Of a stretch of 64,000 bases of DNA, positions 9,308 to 18,926 are shown piece by piece (within the stretch, counting starts at the first letter, position 1; each line of letters starts with the position of its first letter). The position numbers and the translations under genes were made by a program. The DNA is from Candidatus Multivorans sp. Its GTDB lineage: Bacteria; Acidobacteriota; Thermoanaerobaculia; Multivoradales; Multivoraceae. The notes beneath the pieces were generated by a model. That model saw only the letters and a list, made by a program, of their open reading frames with translations, was not told where the DNA came from and searched no databases. The DNA lies in the NCBI GenBank assembly GCA_965247095.1, contig OZ251997.1:1344001-1408000 (forward strand), given 5' to 3'.

Positions 9308-10312
9308 CTACTTGAGGTGGCGGTCGAAGAAGTCGATCTCGGCGGCCATGGCCTTGTCGAGCCAGTCGCCGCTGTAGACGTCGTAGTGGCCCATGTCCCA
9401 GGCGTGGTATTCGACCGGGACGCGGCCGGAGAGGATCTGGGCGACTCGCTGGCCGTGCTCGCGGATGTCGAAGTAGTGCTCCTGCTTGGCGTCGATGATG
9501 ATGACAGGCTGAGTGATGAGGTGCGCGTGTTCGACGGGTGAGAACTTGGCGAAGCGTTCGTAGTACGGGCTGCCGGTGAGACCTTCCGGCTGGGGGCCGC
9601 CGACCGGGACCGGCGCCACCTCGCCGCGGGCGCGAAGGATGGCCGTCCGGTGGAATCCCTTGAGACCGCCGGGGGCCACCACCAGGCCGGAGCGCTGGTC
9701 CATCGCGCCGACCTGGGCGGCGACCGCCTTGACCCGGCGGTCGTGGGCGGCGCGCCAGATGACGTGGCCGCCGCCGAAGCTCGAGCCCCAGATGCCGATT
9801 CGGCTGGCATCCGCGTGCGGTTCGCCCTCGACGAAGGTGATGGCGGCGTCGATGTCCTCCTGCTGATCGAGCGGGTCGACGAGCTGACGGATCGCCTGCG
9901 CCTTGACCGTCACGTAGCCGTCCTCGTCCGGTTCCGGCATCTGGCCGCGGACGACGAGGCGCGAATCGCTCTCGCCCCAGCCGCGGTAGTCGAAGGCCAG
10001 CACCAGGTAGCCGGCGGCGGCAAAACGCGGCGCGATACCCCGGTTCAGGTGCGACTTCGTACCGCCCCAGCCGTGACAGAGCACGATCGTCGGCAGCTTC
10101 TCGCCTTCGCCGGTCGCCTTCGGGTAGAAGACATCGCCGGCCAGCCGCGTGCCGTCGCTCCAGAGTTCGACCGGCTTGCGGACGACGGACGGATAGCCCT
10201 CCACGTCCATCAACTCACCGGCAGCCAGCGCCGGCGCGGGGCTGGACGCTGCGGCCAGGATCCCGGCCAGGGCCAACACCCACAGGTACATCTTCCGGGT
10301 GTGCTCTCGCAT
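9308..10312 (-). CDS. Secreted alpha/beta hydrolase (S9/S15-like)
   Basis: GGAGG SD, signal peptide, CHGWGG, FDYRGWGES, GIWGSSFGG. Confidence 0.85.
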   Translation of the reverse strand: MREHTRKMYLWVLALAGILAAASSPAPALAAGELMDVEGYPSVVRKPVELWSDGTRLAGDVFYPKATGEGEKLPTIVLCHGWGGTKSHLNRGIAPRFAAAGYLVLAFDYRGWGESDSRLVVRGQMPEPDEDGYVTVKAQAIRQLVDPLDQQEDIDAAITFVEGEPHADASRIGIWGSSFGGGHVIWRAAHDRRVKAVAAQVGAMDQRSGLVVAPGGLKGFHRTAILRARGEVAPVPVGGPQPEGLTGSPYYERFAKFSPVEHAHLITQPVIIIDAKQEHYFDIREHGQRVAQILSGRVPVEYHAWDMGHYDVYSGDWLDKAMAAEIDFFDRHLK

Positions 10313-10491
10313 TGCCGTTCCTCCTTGCATGGAACAAGCCCTGTTTCCTGTGCGTCAGCGCGGCGCGGACGCCGCGACTCGACTCCGAAAGTACTCAGGG
10401 TCGGTTTCGCCGATGCTACCGGAGCGGTCGCCGCAAAGCGCGAAAGCGCCGGTCGGCGCCGCAAGTTCCGTTCGGAGTAGAGTCGCGTCCC

Positions 10492-12729
10492 GTGAGGCGC
10501 TTTCCCGCGGCGACCATCGTCGCAACCCTGTCGCTGTGGGTCGGCGCTACCGAGGCCCAAACCGGGCGGCCGACCGCCACGGCGGTGGCGATCGGCGAAG
10601 GCCCGCTGTTAGACGGCACCGTGCTGGACGACGCCGTCTGGCAGCAGATCGAGCCGGCTTCCGGACTGACGCAGACCCGGCCCTATGCCGGTGAGCCGGG
10701 GACGGAGCAGACGGAAGTCCGTTTCGCCTTCACCGAGGACACGCTCTTCGTCGCCGTCGTCTGTCACGACCGGGAACCGGAGGGGATCGTCATCTCGGAT
10801 AGCCGGCGCGACTCCCCACTGAACGAGACGGACAGCTTCCAGGTCATCCTCGACACCTTCCGCGACGGCCGCAACGGCTTTGTCTTCGGCACCAACCCTG
10901 CCGGAATCGAGTACGACGGCCAGGTTGTCGGCGGGGGCTCGGGAGTCTTCAGCGGCATGGGAGGCAGCAGCCGCTTCCGGGGCGGTTCCAGCACCGGGTT
11001 CAACCTGAACTGGGACGGCGCCTGGCACGTCGCGACAGAGGTCGGCGACTTCGGCTGGAGCGCCGAGTTGGCGATCCCCTTCCGCACCCTCCGCTACCCC
11101 TCAGCCGACGTGCAGACCTGGGGACTGAACTTCCAGCGCAACATCGCCCGCCATAGGGAAGTCTCGTTCTGGTCCGAGCTCGACCGGAATCACGAACTGG
11201 ACCGGCTGACCGACGCGGGCTCGCTGCAGGGTGTCGAGCCGCCGCCGCAGCGCAACCTGAAGCTGATCCCCTACGCGATCGGCTCCAGCCGGGAGTTGCC
11301 TGCGGCGGACAGCGGCGACGAGTCGGACTCCGACATCGGCCTCGATCTCAAGTACAGCGTAACGCCGAGCTTGACCCTCGACCTGACCTACAACACGGAC
11401 TTCGCCCAGGTCGAGGTCGACGAGCAACAGGTGAACCTGGACCGGTTCAACCTGTTCTTCCCCGAGAAGAGGCCCTTCTTCCTCGAGAACGCCGGGTTGT
11501 TCACGGTCGGAGCGCGCTCGGGGGGAAGCCGCGCATCGGCCCGGGTGGACCTGTTCTTCAGCCGCCGGATCGGCATCGGACCCGGTGGCGAACTGGTCCC
11601 GATCGACTACGGAGGCCGGCTGTCGGGCAAGGCCGGCCGGTTCAACGTCGGGCTGCTCCACATGCAGACCGTGACGGTGGGAGGGCTCCACGGCAACAAC
11701 TACGCGGTCGCCCGCCTCAACCGCGAGTTGGGTGAGCGCTCCAGCATCGGCGGGATGTTCGTCAGCCGCGAAGGGGTGGGCAGCCTGGCGCCGGAGAACG
11801 ACACCAACCGCGCCTACGCCATCGACGGCAAGTGGGGCATCGGCGAGCACCACACGATCGAGTCGTACGTCGCCCAGACCGACACGCCGGGACTCGACGG
11901 CGACGACAGCTCGATGCTCGTGAGCTACAACCTCGGCAAGCCGGAATGGCGCGGCAGCGTCAGCTACGCGGAGGCGCGCGAGAATTTCAATCCTGAGGTT
12001 GGGTTCATGTCACGGACCAACTTCCGGAACTTCTCCGCATTCGGCATGCGCACGATGAGACCGAAGGCTCTGGCCGGTCTCCACGAGATCCGACCACATG
12101 TCTCGTACAGCGCCATCTGGGACTTCGACGACTACAAGGAGACCCAGTACATCCATCTCGACACCCACTGGGAGTGGCGCAACGGCTTCGAGATCCATAC
12201 CGGCGTGAACTTCACCGAGGAGGGCGTCCAGGAGGCGTTCGAGGTCGTCGACGACTTCACCGTCGCGCCGGGCAGGTACGGCCACAACGAGATCCAGATG
12301 GTGGTCCAGACCAACCAGGCGAAGCCGTTCTCGATCAGCATCCGGAACACCACCGGCGGCTTCTTCGGCGGCGACCTGAGTTCGACCTCGCTCACCCTGC
12401 TCGCCCGGCGCGGCGAACGCCTGACCTCGGAGCTGACCTGGGACCATAACGACGCCAAGGTGGCGTCCGGCAGCTTTCAGGTCAATCTCGGCAGGCTGCG
12501 TCTCTCCTACTCGATCACCCCGCGGATGCTGGTTCAGGCCCTCGCCCAGTACAACGACCAGTCGGACAACGTCTCCACGAACCTCCGCTTCTCGTGGCTG
12601 CAGGATGCGAACACGGGGCTGTTCGTGGTCTATAACGAGATCGACGAACTGGGCGCGCGGATTCTCTACGAGCGCCCGGACCGCACCGTCATCGTCAAGT
12701 ACAGCCGCCTGGTCGACATCTTCCGTTGA
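10492..12729 (+). CDS. DUF5916-type outer-membrane protein with N-terminal CBM9-like domain
   Basis: Signal peptide from GTG 10492; GWSAELAIPFRTLRY, TYNTDFAQVEVDEQQVNLDRFNLFFPEKRPFFLEN; beta-strand-rich C-terminus. Confidence 0.85.
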   Translation: MRRFPAATIVATLSLWVGATEAQTGRPTATAVAIGEGPLLDGTVLDDAVWQQIEPASGLTQTRPYAGEPGTEQTEVRFAFTEDTLFVAVVCHDREPEGIVISDSRRDSPLNETDSFQVILDTFRDGRNGFVFGTNPAGIEYDGQVVGGGSGVFSGMGGSSRFRGGSSTGFNLNWDGAWHVATEVGDFGWSAELAIPFRTLRYPSADVQTWGLNFQRNIARHREVSFWSELDRNHELDRLTDAGSLQGVEPPPQRNLKLIPYAIGSSRELPAADSGDESDSDIGLDLKYSVTPSLTLDLTYNTDFAQVEVDEQQVNLDRFNLFFPEKRPFFLENAGLFTVGARSGGSRASARVDLFFSRRIGIGPGGELVPIDYGGRLSGKAGRFNVGLLHMQTVTVGGLHGNNYAVARLNRELGERSSIGGMFVSREGVGSLAPENDTNRAYAIDGKWGIGEHHTIESYVAQTDTPGLDGDDSSMLVSYNLGKPEWRGSVSYAEARENFNPEVGFMSRTNFRNFSAFGMRTMRPKALAGLHEIRPHVSYSAIWDFDDYKETQYIHLDTHWEWRNGFEIHTGVNFTEEGVQEAFEVVDDFTVAPGRYGHNEIQMVVQTNQAKPFSISIRNTTGGFFGGDLSSTSLTLLARRGERLTSELTWDHNDAKVASGSFQVNLGRLRLSYSITPRMLVQALAQYNDQSDNVSTNLRFSWLQDANTGLFVVYNEIDELGARILYERPDRTVIVKYSRLVDIFR

Positions 12730-12764
12730 GCCGGCCGCCGGCCGCCGTCAGGAGCTCTGCCCAG

Positions 12765-13403
12765 ATGAACCCAAGCGACCTCCGCGTCTACTTCTCCTTC
12801 CGCTCCCAGTTCTCGTGGCTGGCCTTTCACCGGATCACGACGACCGGCGTGTTCGACTGGAACCAGATCGACGCGATCCCGATCTTCCCGTTCGGCAAGG
12901 GCGCCAACCTTTCGGCCGGACGCGCCAAATCGTCCTACGTGCGGGAGGATACGGAGCGCATCGCGAACGCCTATGGACTCTCCGTCAAGTGGCCGGAGTC
13001 CGGCAGTGACCCGGACTGGTTCCCGCCGCACCAGATCTATCTCTGGGCCCGGGAGCAGGGCAAGGCAGTCGACTATGCCCGCGAGGCCTTCTCGGCGCGG
13101 TTCAAGCGCGGCCTCGACCTCGCCGGCGACGAAGTGATGCGCGCCGCTGCCGAAGCAGCGGGTCTCGACGGCGACGAAGCCCTGGCCGTAGCCCACGACC
13201 CGAAGTGGAAGGACGCGATCATGGCCGGCTTCGCCCATACGCGGGACGACGGCGCCTTCGGCGTGCCGCTGTTCATCTTCCGCGGCGAGCGCTTCTGGGG
13301 CAACGACCGGCTCGACTGGCTGCTGCGCGCGGTGGCTCGCTCGGAAGGTCGCGAAGTCACCGATCTGGCGGCGGAACCGCTGGCGCCCGTCTACTCGCCC
13401 TAA
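12765..13403 (+). CDS. DsbA-like / 2-hydroxychromene-2-carboxylate isomerase family protein
   Basis: VYFSFRSQFSWLA and GAFGVPLFIFRGERFWGNDRL. Confidence 0.85.
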   Translation: MNPSDLRVYFSFRSQFSWLAFHRITTTGVFDWNQIDAIPIFPFGKGANLSAGRAKSSYVREDTERIANAYGLSVKWPESGSDPDWFPPHQIYLWAREQGKAVDYAREAFSARFKRGLDLAGDEVMRAAAEAAGLDGDEALAVAHDPKWKDAIMAGFAHTRDDGAFGVPLFIFRGERFWGNDRLDWLLRAVARSEGREVTDLAAEPLAPVYSP

Positions 13404-14155
13404 GGAGTCCGCGCCGCAGCGGTCGCGGCAACATGGCCGACGATGACGACGCAGGGGGCCCTGATCCGGCCGGAGAGTGCGCCTGCAGCGAGGGCGTCCA
13501 GGGTGGAGGACACGACCCGCTGACCGGGGGTGGTTGCGCGTTCGACGATTGCTGCCGGCGTCGAAGGGTCGCGGCCCGCGGTAATTAGCCCCCGGCCGAT
13601 GCGTTCCAAGCGCCGCGACGCCATCAGGACGACGACGGTGTCGGCGCCGGAAAGGCCCGCCCAGTCGGGTTCGCCGCCTTCCGCGTTGCGCGCGGAGACG
13701 ACTGCGAACCCCAGGGAAACGCCGCGGTGCGTCAGGGGGATGCCCGCGACTGCCGGCGCTGCTACGACGCTACTGACGCCCGGCACGACCTCGCACGGCA
13801 CACCTGCCGCGGCGCAGGCTTCGATCTCCTCGCCGGCGCGACCGAAGATGGCGGGATCGCCGCCCTTGAGCCGGACCACATGAGCCCCGGCCTGGGCGTG
13901 TTCGATCATCAGCTTCTCGATCCGCCGCTGGCGGGCCTGCACGTCGTCGCCTGGGCGCTTGCCGACATCGACGATCTCGGCGCCCGCTTTCGCCTCGGAG
14001 AGAAGTTCCGGCGCCGCCAGACGATCGTGCAGCACGACGTCGGCGGCCCGTAGCCGCTTGAGCCCGAGGACGGTGATCAGATCGGGGTCACCCGGCCCGG
14101 CCCCGATCAGGGTCACGCGTCCTGCTCGCCTGGAAGACTCAACCGGTCGACTCAT
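13400..14155 (-). CDS. cobA: Uroporphyrinogen-III C-methyltransferase
   Basis: LIGAGPGDPDLITV, VRLKGGDPAIFGRAGEE, VVPGVSS, GIPLTHRG. Confidence 0.95.
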   Translation of the reverse strand: MSRPVESSRRAGRVTLIGAGPGDPDLITVLGLKRLRAADVVLHDRLAAPELLSEAKAGAEIVDVGKRPGDDVQARQRRIEKLMIEHAQAGAHVVRLKGGDPAIFGRAGEEIEACAAAGVPCEVVPGVSSVVAAPAVAGIPLTHRGVSLGFAVVSARNAEGGEPDWAGLSGADTVVVLMASRRLERIGRGLITAGRDPSTPAAIVERATTPGQRVVSSTLDALAAGALSGRIRAPCVVIVGHVAATAAARTP

Positions 14156-14823
14156 GGATCGGGCTCCTGTGAGGCCACCCCGAGGATCTGCTCGGACCGC
14201 TCGCGGGCCTCAGCCGCCCGACCGTCGCGAAACAGCGAGAGCACTTCCGAGTCCACGAGCTCGTACCAACGGCGCCGCCGCTCTTCGAACTCGGGGACCG
14301 CCCGCGCGAGCGGGGCCCGCAGCCGGCCGGCGAGTTCCAGCAGAGCGCCGTACTCCGGTCCCAGTTCCTGTTCGAGTCGCTGCCGGAGACGTACGGCGAG
14401 CGCCGGCGCCCGGCCGGAGGTCGAGATCGCGATCACCAGGTCGCCGCGGCGCACGATCGAGGGCGCGATGAAGCTGCAACGATCGACAACGTCCTCCACG
14501 TTGGCGAAGATGCCGCGAGCTTCCGCCTCCGCTGAGAACGCCTCGTCCCGCACAGCGCCGCCCGGCTCCGCGAGCGCCAGCACAGCGCCCTCAAGGTCCC
14601 CCGGTTGGTAGTCCCGCTCGCGGTGCTCGATCTCTCCGCGTTCGGCCAGCCGCGCCAACTCAGGCGTCAGTTCGGAAGCGACGACCCGTAAACGCGCCCC
14701 GCAGGGCAGCAGGCCGGCCACCTTCCGCTCGGCGATCCTGCCGCCGCCGACCACGACCACCAGCCGCTCGGCGAGCGAGAGATAGACCGGATAGTAGGCG
14801 GGAGGCCGGCTGGCGCCGCTCAA
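14152..14823 (-). CDS. Precorrin-2 dehydrogenase/sirohydrochlorin ferrochelatase (CysG N-terminal module, SirC/Met8-like)
   Basis: YPVYLSLAERLVVVVGGGRIAERK, CSFIAPSIVRRGDLVIAISTSGRAPALA; TTG start overlapping the cysH stop. Confidence 0.9.
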   Translation of the reverse strand: MSGASRPPAYYPVYLSLAERLVVVVGGGRIAERKVAGLLPCGARLRVVASELTPELARLAERGEIEHRERDYQPGDLEGAVLALAEPGGAVRDEAFSAEAEARGIFANVEDVVDRCSFIAPSIVRRGDLVIAISTSGRAPALAVRLRQRLEQELGPEYGALLELAGRLRAPLARAVPEFEERRRRWYELVDSEVLSLFRDGRAAEARERSEQILGVASQEPDP

Positions 14824-15662
14824 CGCGGCTGCAGCACGTGGAGCCCGCATTCCTTGCCGGTCTGGGACTCCCACCACCAGCGTCCGCCGCGGGCGCCCTC
14901 GCCGGGGCGCGAAGGCCTGGTGCACGGCGCGCACCCGATCGTCCGGTAGCCCCGGTCGTAGAGCGGGTGGTACGGGACTCCCTGCTCGTGGATGTACGCC
15001 CAGACCTGATCCTCGGTCCAGTCCAGCAGCGGGCAAACCTTGACCACGCGGCCCCTGGTCCGCGTCACCCGGTCGACCTCCACCTTGTTGAGGACATCCC
15101 GGGTCGGCGTCTGGTCGCGGCGCAGGCCACTGAGCCAGGCCGGCGCGTGCGCCAGGGCCCGGCGCATCGGTTCCACCTTGCGCACGTTGCAGCAACGCTG
15201 CCGCCCGGCCACCGAGGCGTAGAAGAGATTCGGTCCCTCTCGCCGGACCAGCCCCGCAACCTCGGAGGCGCGCGGCGCCACCATCTCGACCTCGACGCCG
15301 TAGTGCAGCCGCACATGCTCGATGTGCCGGTACGTATCCTCCGGCAGGCGGCCGGTGTCGAGTGTCACCACGCGAACCGGCAGATCGAGTTGATGACACA
15401 TGTGGAGGAGGAGCATGCCCTCCGCCTGAAACGACGTGGCCAGCGTCAACTCGCGACCCCACCGCCCGTGGGCCCAGCGGAGCACCTGTTCGGGCGTCGC
15501 CGGCTCCAGCTCCATCGCCCAGCCGAGTACGCAGAGGTCGCCGTCGGCGGCCTGGCCGGGGAACTCCAGAACGGCGCCGCCGAGGCCGCCCGCCTCCGGA
15601 AGCCCCCCCGCTTGCGGGGGGGTTGGGGGGGGAGTTGGTAGATCTCGTGGTTCTTGCTGCAT
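14820..15662 (-). CDS. cysH: Adenylyl-sulfate (APS) reductase, thioredoxin-dependent (start 15662 or 15515)
   Basis: SFQAE, LDTGRL, CCNVRKVEP, SGLRRDQ, IGCAPCT, GRWWWE, KECGLH; CC plus CxxC indicates the Fe-S APS reductase type. Confidence 0.9.
   Translation of the reverse strand: MQQEPRDLPTPPPTPPQAGGLPEAGGLGGAVLEFPGQAADGDLCVLGWAMELEPATPEQVLRWAHGRWGRELTLATSFQAEGMLLLHMCHQLDLPVRVVTLDTGRLPEDTYRHIEHVRLHYGVEVEMVAPRASEVAGLVRREGPNLFYASVAGRQRCCNVRKVEPMRRALAHAPAWLSGLRRDQTPTRDVLNKVEVDRVTRTRGRVVKVCPLLDWTEDQVWAYIHEQGVPYHPLYDRGYRTIGCAPCTRPSRPGEGARGGRWWWESQTGKECGLHVLQPR
15600..15637. repeat. G/C-run palindromic element (agcccccccgcttgcgggggggtt plus G tract)
   Basis: C7-gcttgc-G7 hairpin, compositionally unlike flanking coding DNA. 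Confidence 0.55.
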
Positions 15663-15686
15663 TTGTGACAAATACGATCACAAATG
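15660..15686. promoter_or_regulatory. AT-rich perfect inverted repeat CATTTGTGA-N9-TCACAAATG, candidate operator of the cysH-siroheme operon
   Basis: 9-bp perfect arms at the operon 5' end in a high-GC background. Confidence 0.6.
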
Positions 15687-15743
15687 TCTCTTGGTTTCAA
15701 CGGATCGACCGGCGGGTCGCGCCGAGGCGCCAAAAACGGCTTG

Positions 15744-16901
15744 TTACAACGCCCGCAGCGTCGTCGCCAAGGCCTCCAAATCCGAGCTGTCGTTGTAGAC
15801 CTGAGGCGCAACCCGGATCGCCGTACCGCGGACCGACACGAAGACCCGGGCCTGCCGGAGAGCCGCCGCGGTGGCGTCCGCGTCCAGGCCGCGGCGGGAA
15901 CGCAAGCCGAACAGGTGCGCACCACGCCACGCCCGGTCCTCCAGTCCGAAACCCGCCTCGCGAAAGGCGTCCTCGAACGGTTCGAGCAGCTTCACGCAGT
16001 AGTCCTGGACGCGGTCCGGGCGCCACTCGAGCACCATGTCCAGGGCGGCGTTCAGCATCGGCAACTGGATCTGGTTGCTGCGCTCGCCCACGTCGTAGCG
16101 CGCGGCGGCCGGCCGGTACTCCTGCACGTACTCCAGCCGGCCCGCCACGAACAGCTCGCTGCTCTCCCGGGCAGCCCAGGGCTCCTCCAGCGGAACGCCG
16201 TCGTCGAACCGCTCGCCAAACCACGCCAAACCGCTCTGGTACGGGCCGAACAGGGTCTTGTAGCCCGCGACGACCAGCGCGTCGGGCGCCACCTCCTCGA
16301 CGTCGAAGGGCATCGCGCCGATCGACTGGGTGCCGTCGATGACGAAGAGCGCACCGACCTCGCGCGCCCGCCGCCCCACCGCGGCAACGTTGAAGCGCGT
16401 GCCGTCCGCCCAGTGGACGACCGGCAGGGCGACCACCGCCGTGTCGCGGTCGATCGCCTCGAGCACCCGATCGTTCCACGCCGCGCCCGGACTCGGATCG
16501 CCCGCCGACGGCCGGTCCACCGTACGCAGTTCCGCACCGCTCTCCCGCGCCCTGCGCATCCACGCGTACACGTTGCTCGGGAACTGCTCACCCAGGATGA
16601 CGATGTTCTGCCCGCGGGAGACGGCGGCGTTGCGGGCCGCGGTGGCGATGCCGTAGGAGACCGCCGGAATGATCGCGACTCGCCGCGGATCGGAACCCCC
16701 GATCAACCGCGCGAAGCGCTCGCGCAGGGCGTCCGCCTGGTCGAAGAAGTCGCCCGCCACGATCGTCGACGGATCGCGCCGACGCGCCATTCCCTCGAGC
16801 CCGGCCGCCTCGACCTCGCGCGCCAGCGGCGCCATGTAGGCGCAGTTCAGATAGTGCAGGTCGGCCGGAAGCTGGAACCGGTGTCGCTGGCAGTCGAGCA
16901 T
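15744..16901 (-). CDS. Aminotransferase class V (cysteine desulfurase/selenocysteine lyase-like) PLP enzyme
   Basis: YLNCAYMAP, EQFPSN, IDGTQSIGA, GYKTLFGPY, IRVAPQVYN. Confidence 0.9.
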   Translation of the reverse strand: MLDCQRHRFQLPADLHYLNCAYMAPLAREVEAAGLEGMARRRDPSTIVAGDFFDQADALRERFARLIGGSDPRRVAIIPAVSYGIATAARNAAVSRGQNIVILGEQFPSNVYAWMRRARESGAELRTVDRPSAGDPSPGAAWNDRVLEAIDRDTAVVALPVVHWADGTRFNVAAVGRRAREVGALFVIDGTQSIGAMPFDVEEVAPDALVVAGYKTLFGPYQSGLAWFGERFDDGVPLEEPWAARESSELFVAGRLEYVQEYRPAAARYDVGERSNQIQLPMLNAALDMVLEWRPDRVQDYCVKLLEPFEDAFREAGFGLEDRAWRGAHLFGLRSRRGLDADATAAALRQARVFVSVRGTAIRVAPQVYNDSSDLEALATTLRAL

Positions 16902-16948
16902 GGCCGGCGATCTTACGCGCGCTACCTGCGGGCAAGGAGCAAGGACCG

Positions 16949-18265
16949 CTACGCGGCGGCCAGGGCGCGGTCGAGATCCCGGATCAGGTCGTCCACCGTC
17001 TCGAGGCCGATCGAGAGTCGCACCACCTCCGGCCCGGCGCCGGCGGCGGCGCGCTGCTCGTCGCTCAGTTGGCGGTGGGTGGTCGAGGCGGGATGGAGGA
17101 TCAGGGAGCGGGCGTCGCCGACGTTCGCCAGGTGGGAGAACAGATCGCAGGCCTCCACGACCCGGATGCCGGCGTCGTAGCCGCCGCGGACGCCGAAGGT
17201 GAACACCGCGCCCGCGCCCTTCGGCAGGTACTTCGCGGCCAGGTCCCGGTAGGGGCTGCTAGGCAGACCGGCATAGGACACCCACTCGACCTTCTGCTGC
17301 TCCTGCAGCCACTCGGCGACGCGCTGCGCGTTCCGGCAATGACGCTCCATTCGCAGCGCCAGGGTCTCGATGCCCAGCAGGATCAGGAAGGCGTTCATCG
17401 GCGCCATCGCGGCGCCCAGGTCGCGCAGGCCGACGGCATGAGCATGGGTGGTGAACGCGAGGTCTCCGAAGGTCTCGCTGAACTTCAGGCCGTGGTAGGC
17501 CGGTTCCGGTTCAGAGAGCCCGGGAAAGCGCCCGGAGGCAGTCCAGTCGAAGCGTCCGCTGTCGACCACTCCTCCGCCGATCACCGTGCCGTTGCCCGAC
17601 AGGAACTTGGTCGCGGAGTGGACGACCAGGTCGGCGCCCCAGTCCATCGGCCGGCAGAGCCAGGGGGTGGCCAGCGTGTTGTCCACGATGAGGACCGCGC
17701 CCGCCGCCTTGGTCAGCCTTGCCAGGGTCTCGAGATCCGAAACGACGCCACCCGGATTGGCCAGGCTTTCGACGAAGAGCGCCTTGGCGCCCACGTCCAG
17801 GGCCGCCTCGACCGCGGCCAGGTCGTCCGTATCGACGAAGTCGCAGCGCCAGTCGAACTTCTGGAACGTCCGGCTGAACTGGGTGATCGACCCGCCGTAG
17901 AGCCGGCGCGACGCGGCAAACCGGGCGCCGGGCTCCATCAGGGGGAAGAACGCGAGGAGTTGGGCGGCGTGACCGGAGGCGCAGCAGGCGGCGCCGCGCC
18001 CGCCTTCCAGGCTCGCCAGCCGTTGCTCCAGGGCGGCGACGGTGGGGTTTCCCAAGCGCGAGTAGATGAACCCGAAGGTCTGAAGATTGAACAGCGAAGC
18101 GGCGTGGTCGACATCGTGGAACGCGTAGGCCGTGTTCTGGTAGATCGGCGTCTGCCGCGCGCCGGAGACCGGGTCGGGCGCGGCCCCGGCGTGGATCATC
18201 CGGGTTTCGAACCCCCAATCCGGTTCCGGCTTCGGGCCGCCCCCACGCGGGGATTCCCCGCTCAC
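16949..18265 (-). CDS. metY: O-acetylhomoserine aminocarboxypropyltransferase (OAH/OAS sulfhydrylase)
   Basis: FETRMIHAG, PIYQ, YSRLGNPT, VHSATKFLSGNG, HLANVGDARSLILHPASTTHRQL; GTGA overlap with upstream gene. Confidence 0.92.
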   Translation of the reverse strand: MSGESPRGGGPKPEPDWGFETRMIHAGAAPDPVSGARQTPIYQNTAYAFHDVDHAASLFNLQTFGFIYSRLGNPTVAALEQRLASLEGGRGAACCASGHAAQLLAFFPLMEPGARFAASRRLYGGSITQFSRTFQKFDWRCDFVDTDDLAAVEAALDVGAKALFVESLANPGGVVSDLETLARLTKAAGAVLIVDNTLATPWLCRPMDWGADLVVHSATKFLSGNGTVIGGGVVDSGRFDWTASGRFPGLSEPEPAYHGLKFSETFGDLAFTTHAHAVGLRDLGAAMAPMNAFLILLGIETLALRMERHCRNAQRVAEWLQEQQKVEWVSYAGLPSSPYRDLAAKYLPKGAGAVFTFGVRGGYDAGIRVVEACDLFSHLANVGDARSLILHPASTTHRQLSDEQRAAAGAGPEVVRLSIGLETVDDLIRDLDRALAAA

Positions 18266-18792
18266 CCGGACCCTCCGCGCTCGGGCGCCCGCACCAGCCG
18301 CGGGCGCCGGCTGGAGATGACGCCGCTGTCGATGCCTCCCCAGCCCAGCTCGCCCCACAGACGCCCGTACTCGATCTTCGGGCAACGATCCATGATCACC
18401 GTGAGCCCGGCGGCCTCCGCCTCGGCCGCGGCTTCGTCGTTGCGCACGCCGAGCTGCATCCAGACCACCGCAATGCCCTTCTCCTCGCGCAGCCGGATCG
18501 CCTCCCGGGTCGTCTCCAGGGCAGCCTCCGAGCCGCGGAAGACATCGACCATGTCCACCGGCGCCGGGACTTCGGCCAGCGACGCGCAGGCCCGCTCGCC
18601 CAGGATCGAAACCCCTTGAGCCGCCGCCCGCGGATTCACTGGAATCACGCGGTAGCCCTTCTCCTGCAGGTACTTCATGGCGAAGTTCGAGGGCCGCTTC
18701 CAGTTCGGCGAAGCGCCCACCATGGCGATCGTCCGCACCCGGCGGAGAATGCCGGTGATCAGGGCGTCGCTGTAGCGGAGGGCGGAGTGCAC
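18262..18792 (-). CDS. CoA-binding protein (YccU-like)
   Basis: TIAMVGASPNWKRPS, PVNP, DMVDVFR, WMQLG, MDRCPKIE. Confidence 0.92.
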   Translation of the reverse strand: MHSALRYSDALITGILRRVRTIAMVGASPNWKRPSNFAMKYLQEKGYRVIPVNPRAAAQGVSILGERACASLAEVPAPVDMVDVFRGSEAALETTREAIRLREEKGIAVVWMQLGVRNDEAAAEAEAAGLTVIMDRCPKIEYGRLWGELGWGGIDSGVISSRRPRLVRAPERGGSG

Positions 18793-18812
18793 GGCGGGGA
18801 TGTTAGCGCCGG

Positions 18813-18908
18813 TGGCGTCGAGTACTCAGACGCTCTCAGCCGGGAGTTAGCCCGCAGCTCGTTCGCCGCGTCCCAGAGACGCGCCTCAATCCTCTCGTTC
18901 GGCGTCAT
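18813..18908 (-). pseudogene. hsdM: N-terminal remnant of type I restriction-modification methyltransferase
   Basis: MTPNERIEARLWDAANELRANSRLRASEYSTP matches the HsdM N-terminal LW.AA.ELR..S.L..SEY..P pattern; similarity stops after 32 codons. Confidence 0.75.
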
Positions 18909-18926
18909 CGGCTGTAGTCTATGGTC

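Noticed and set aside
14152-15681. 509-aa ORF implying an extended CysG
   Set aside because: N-terminal part is an alternate frame of cysH; homology begins at about 14823
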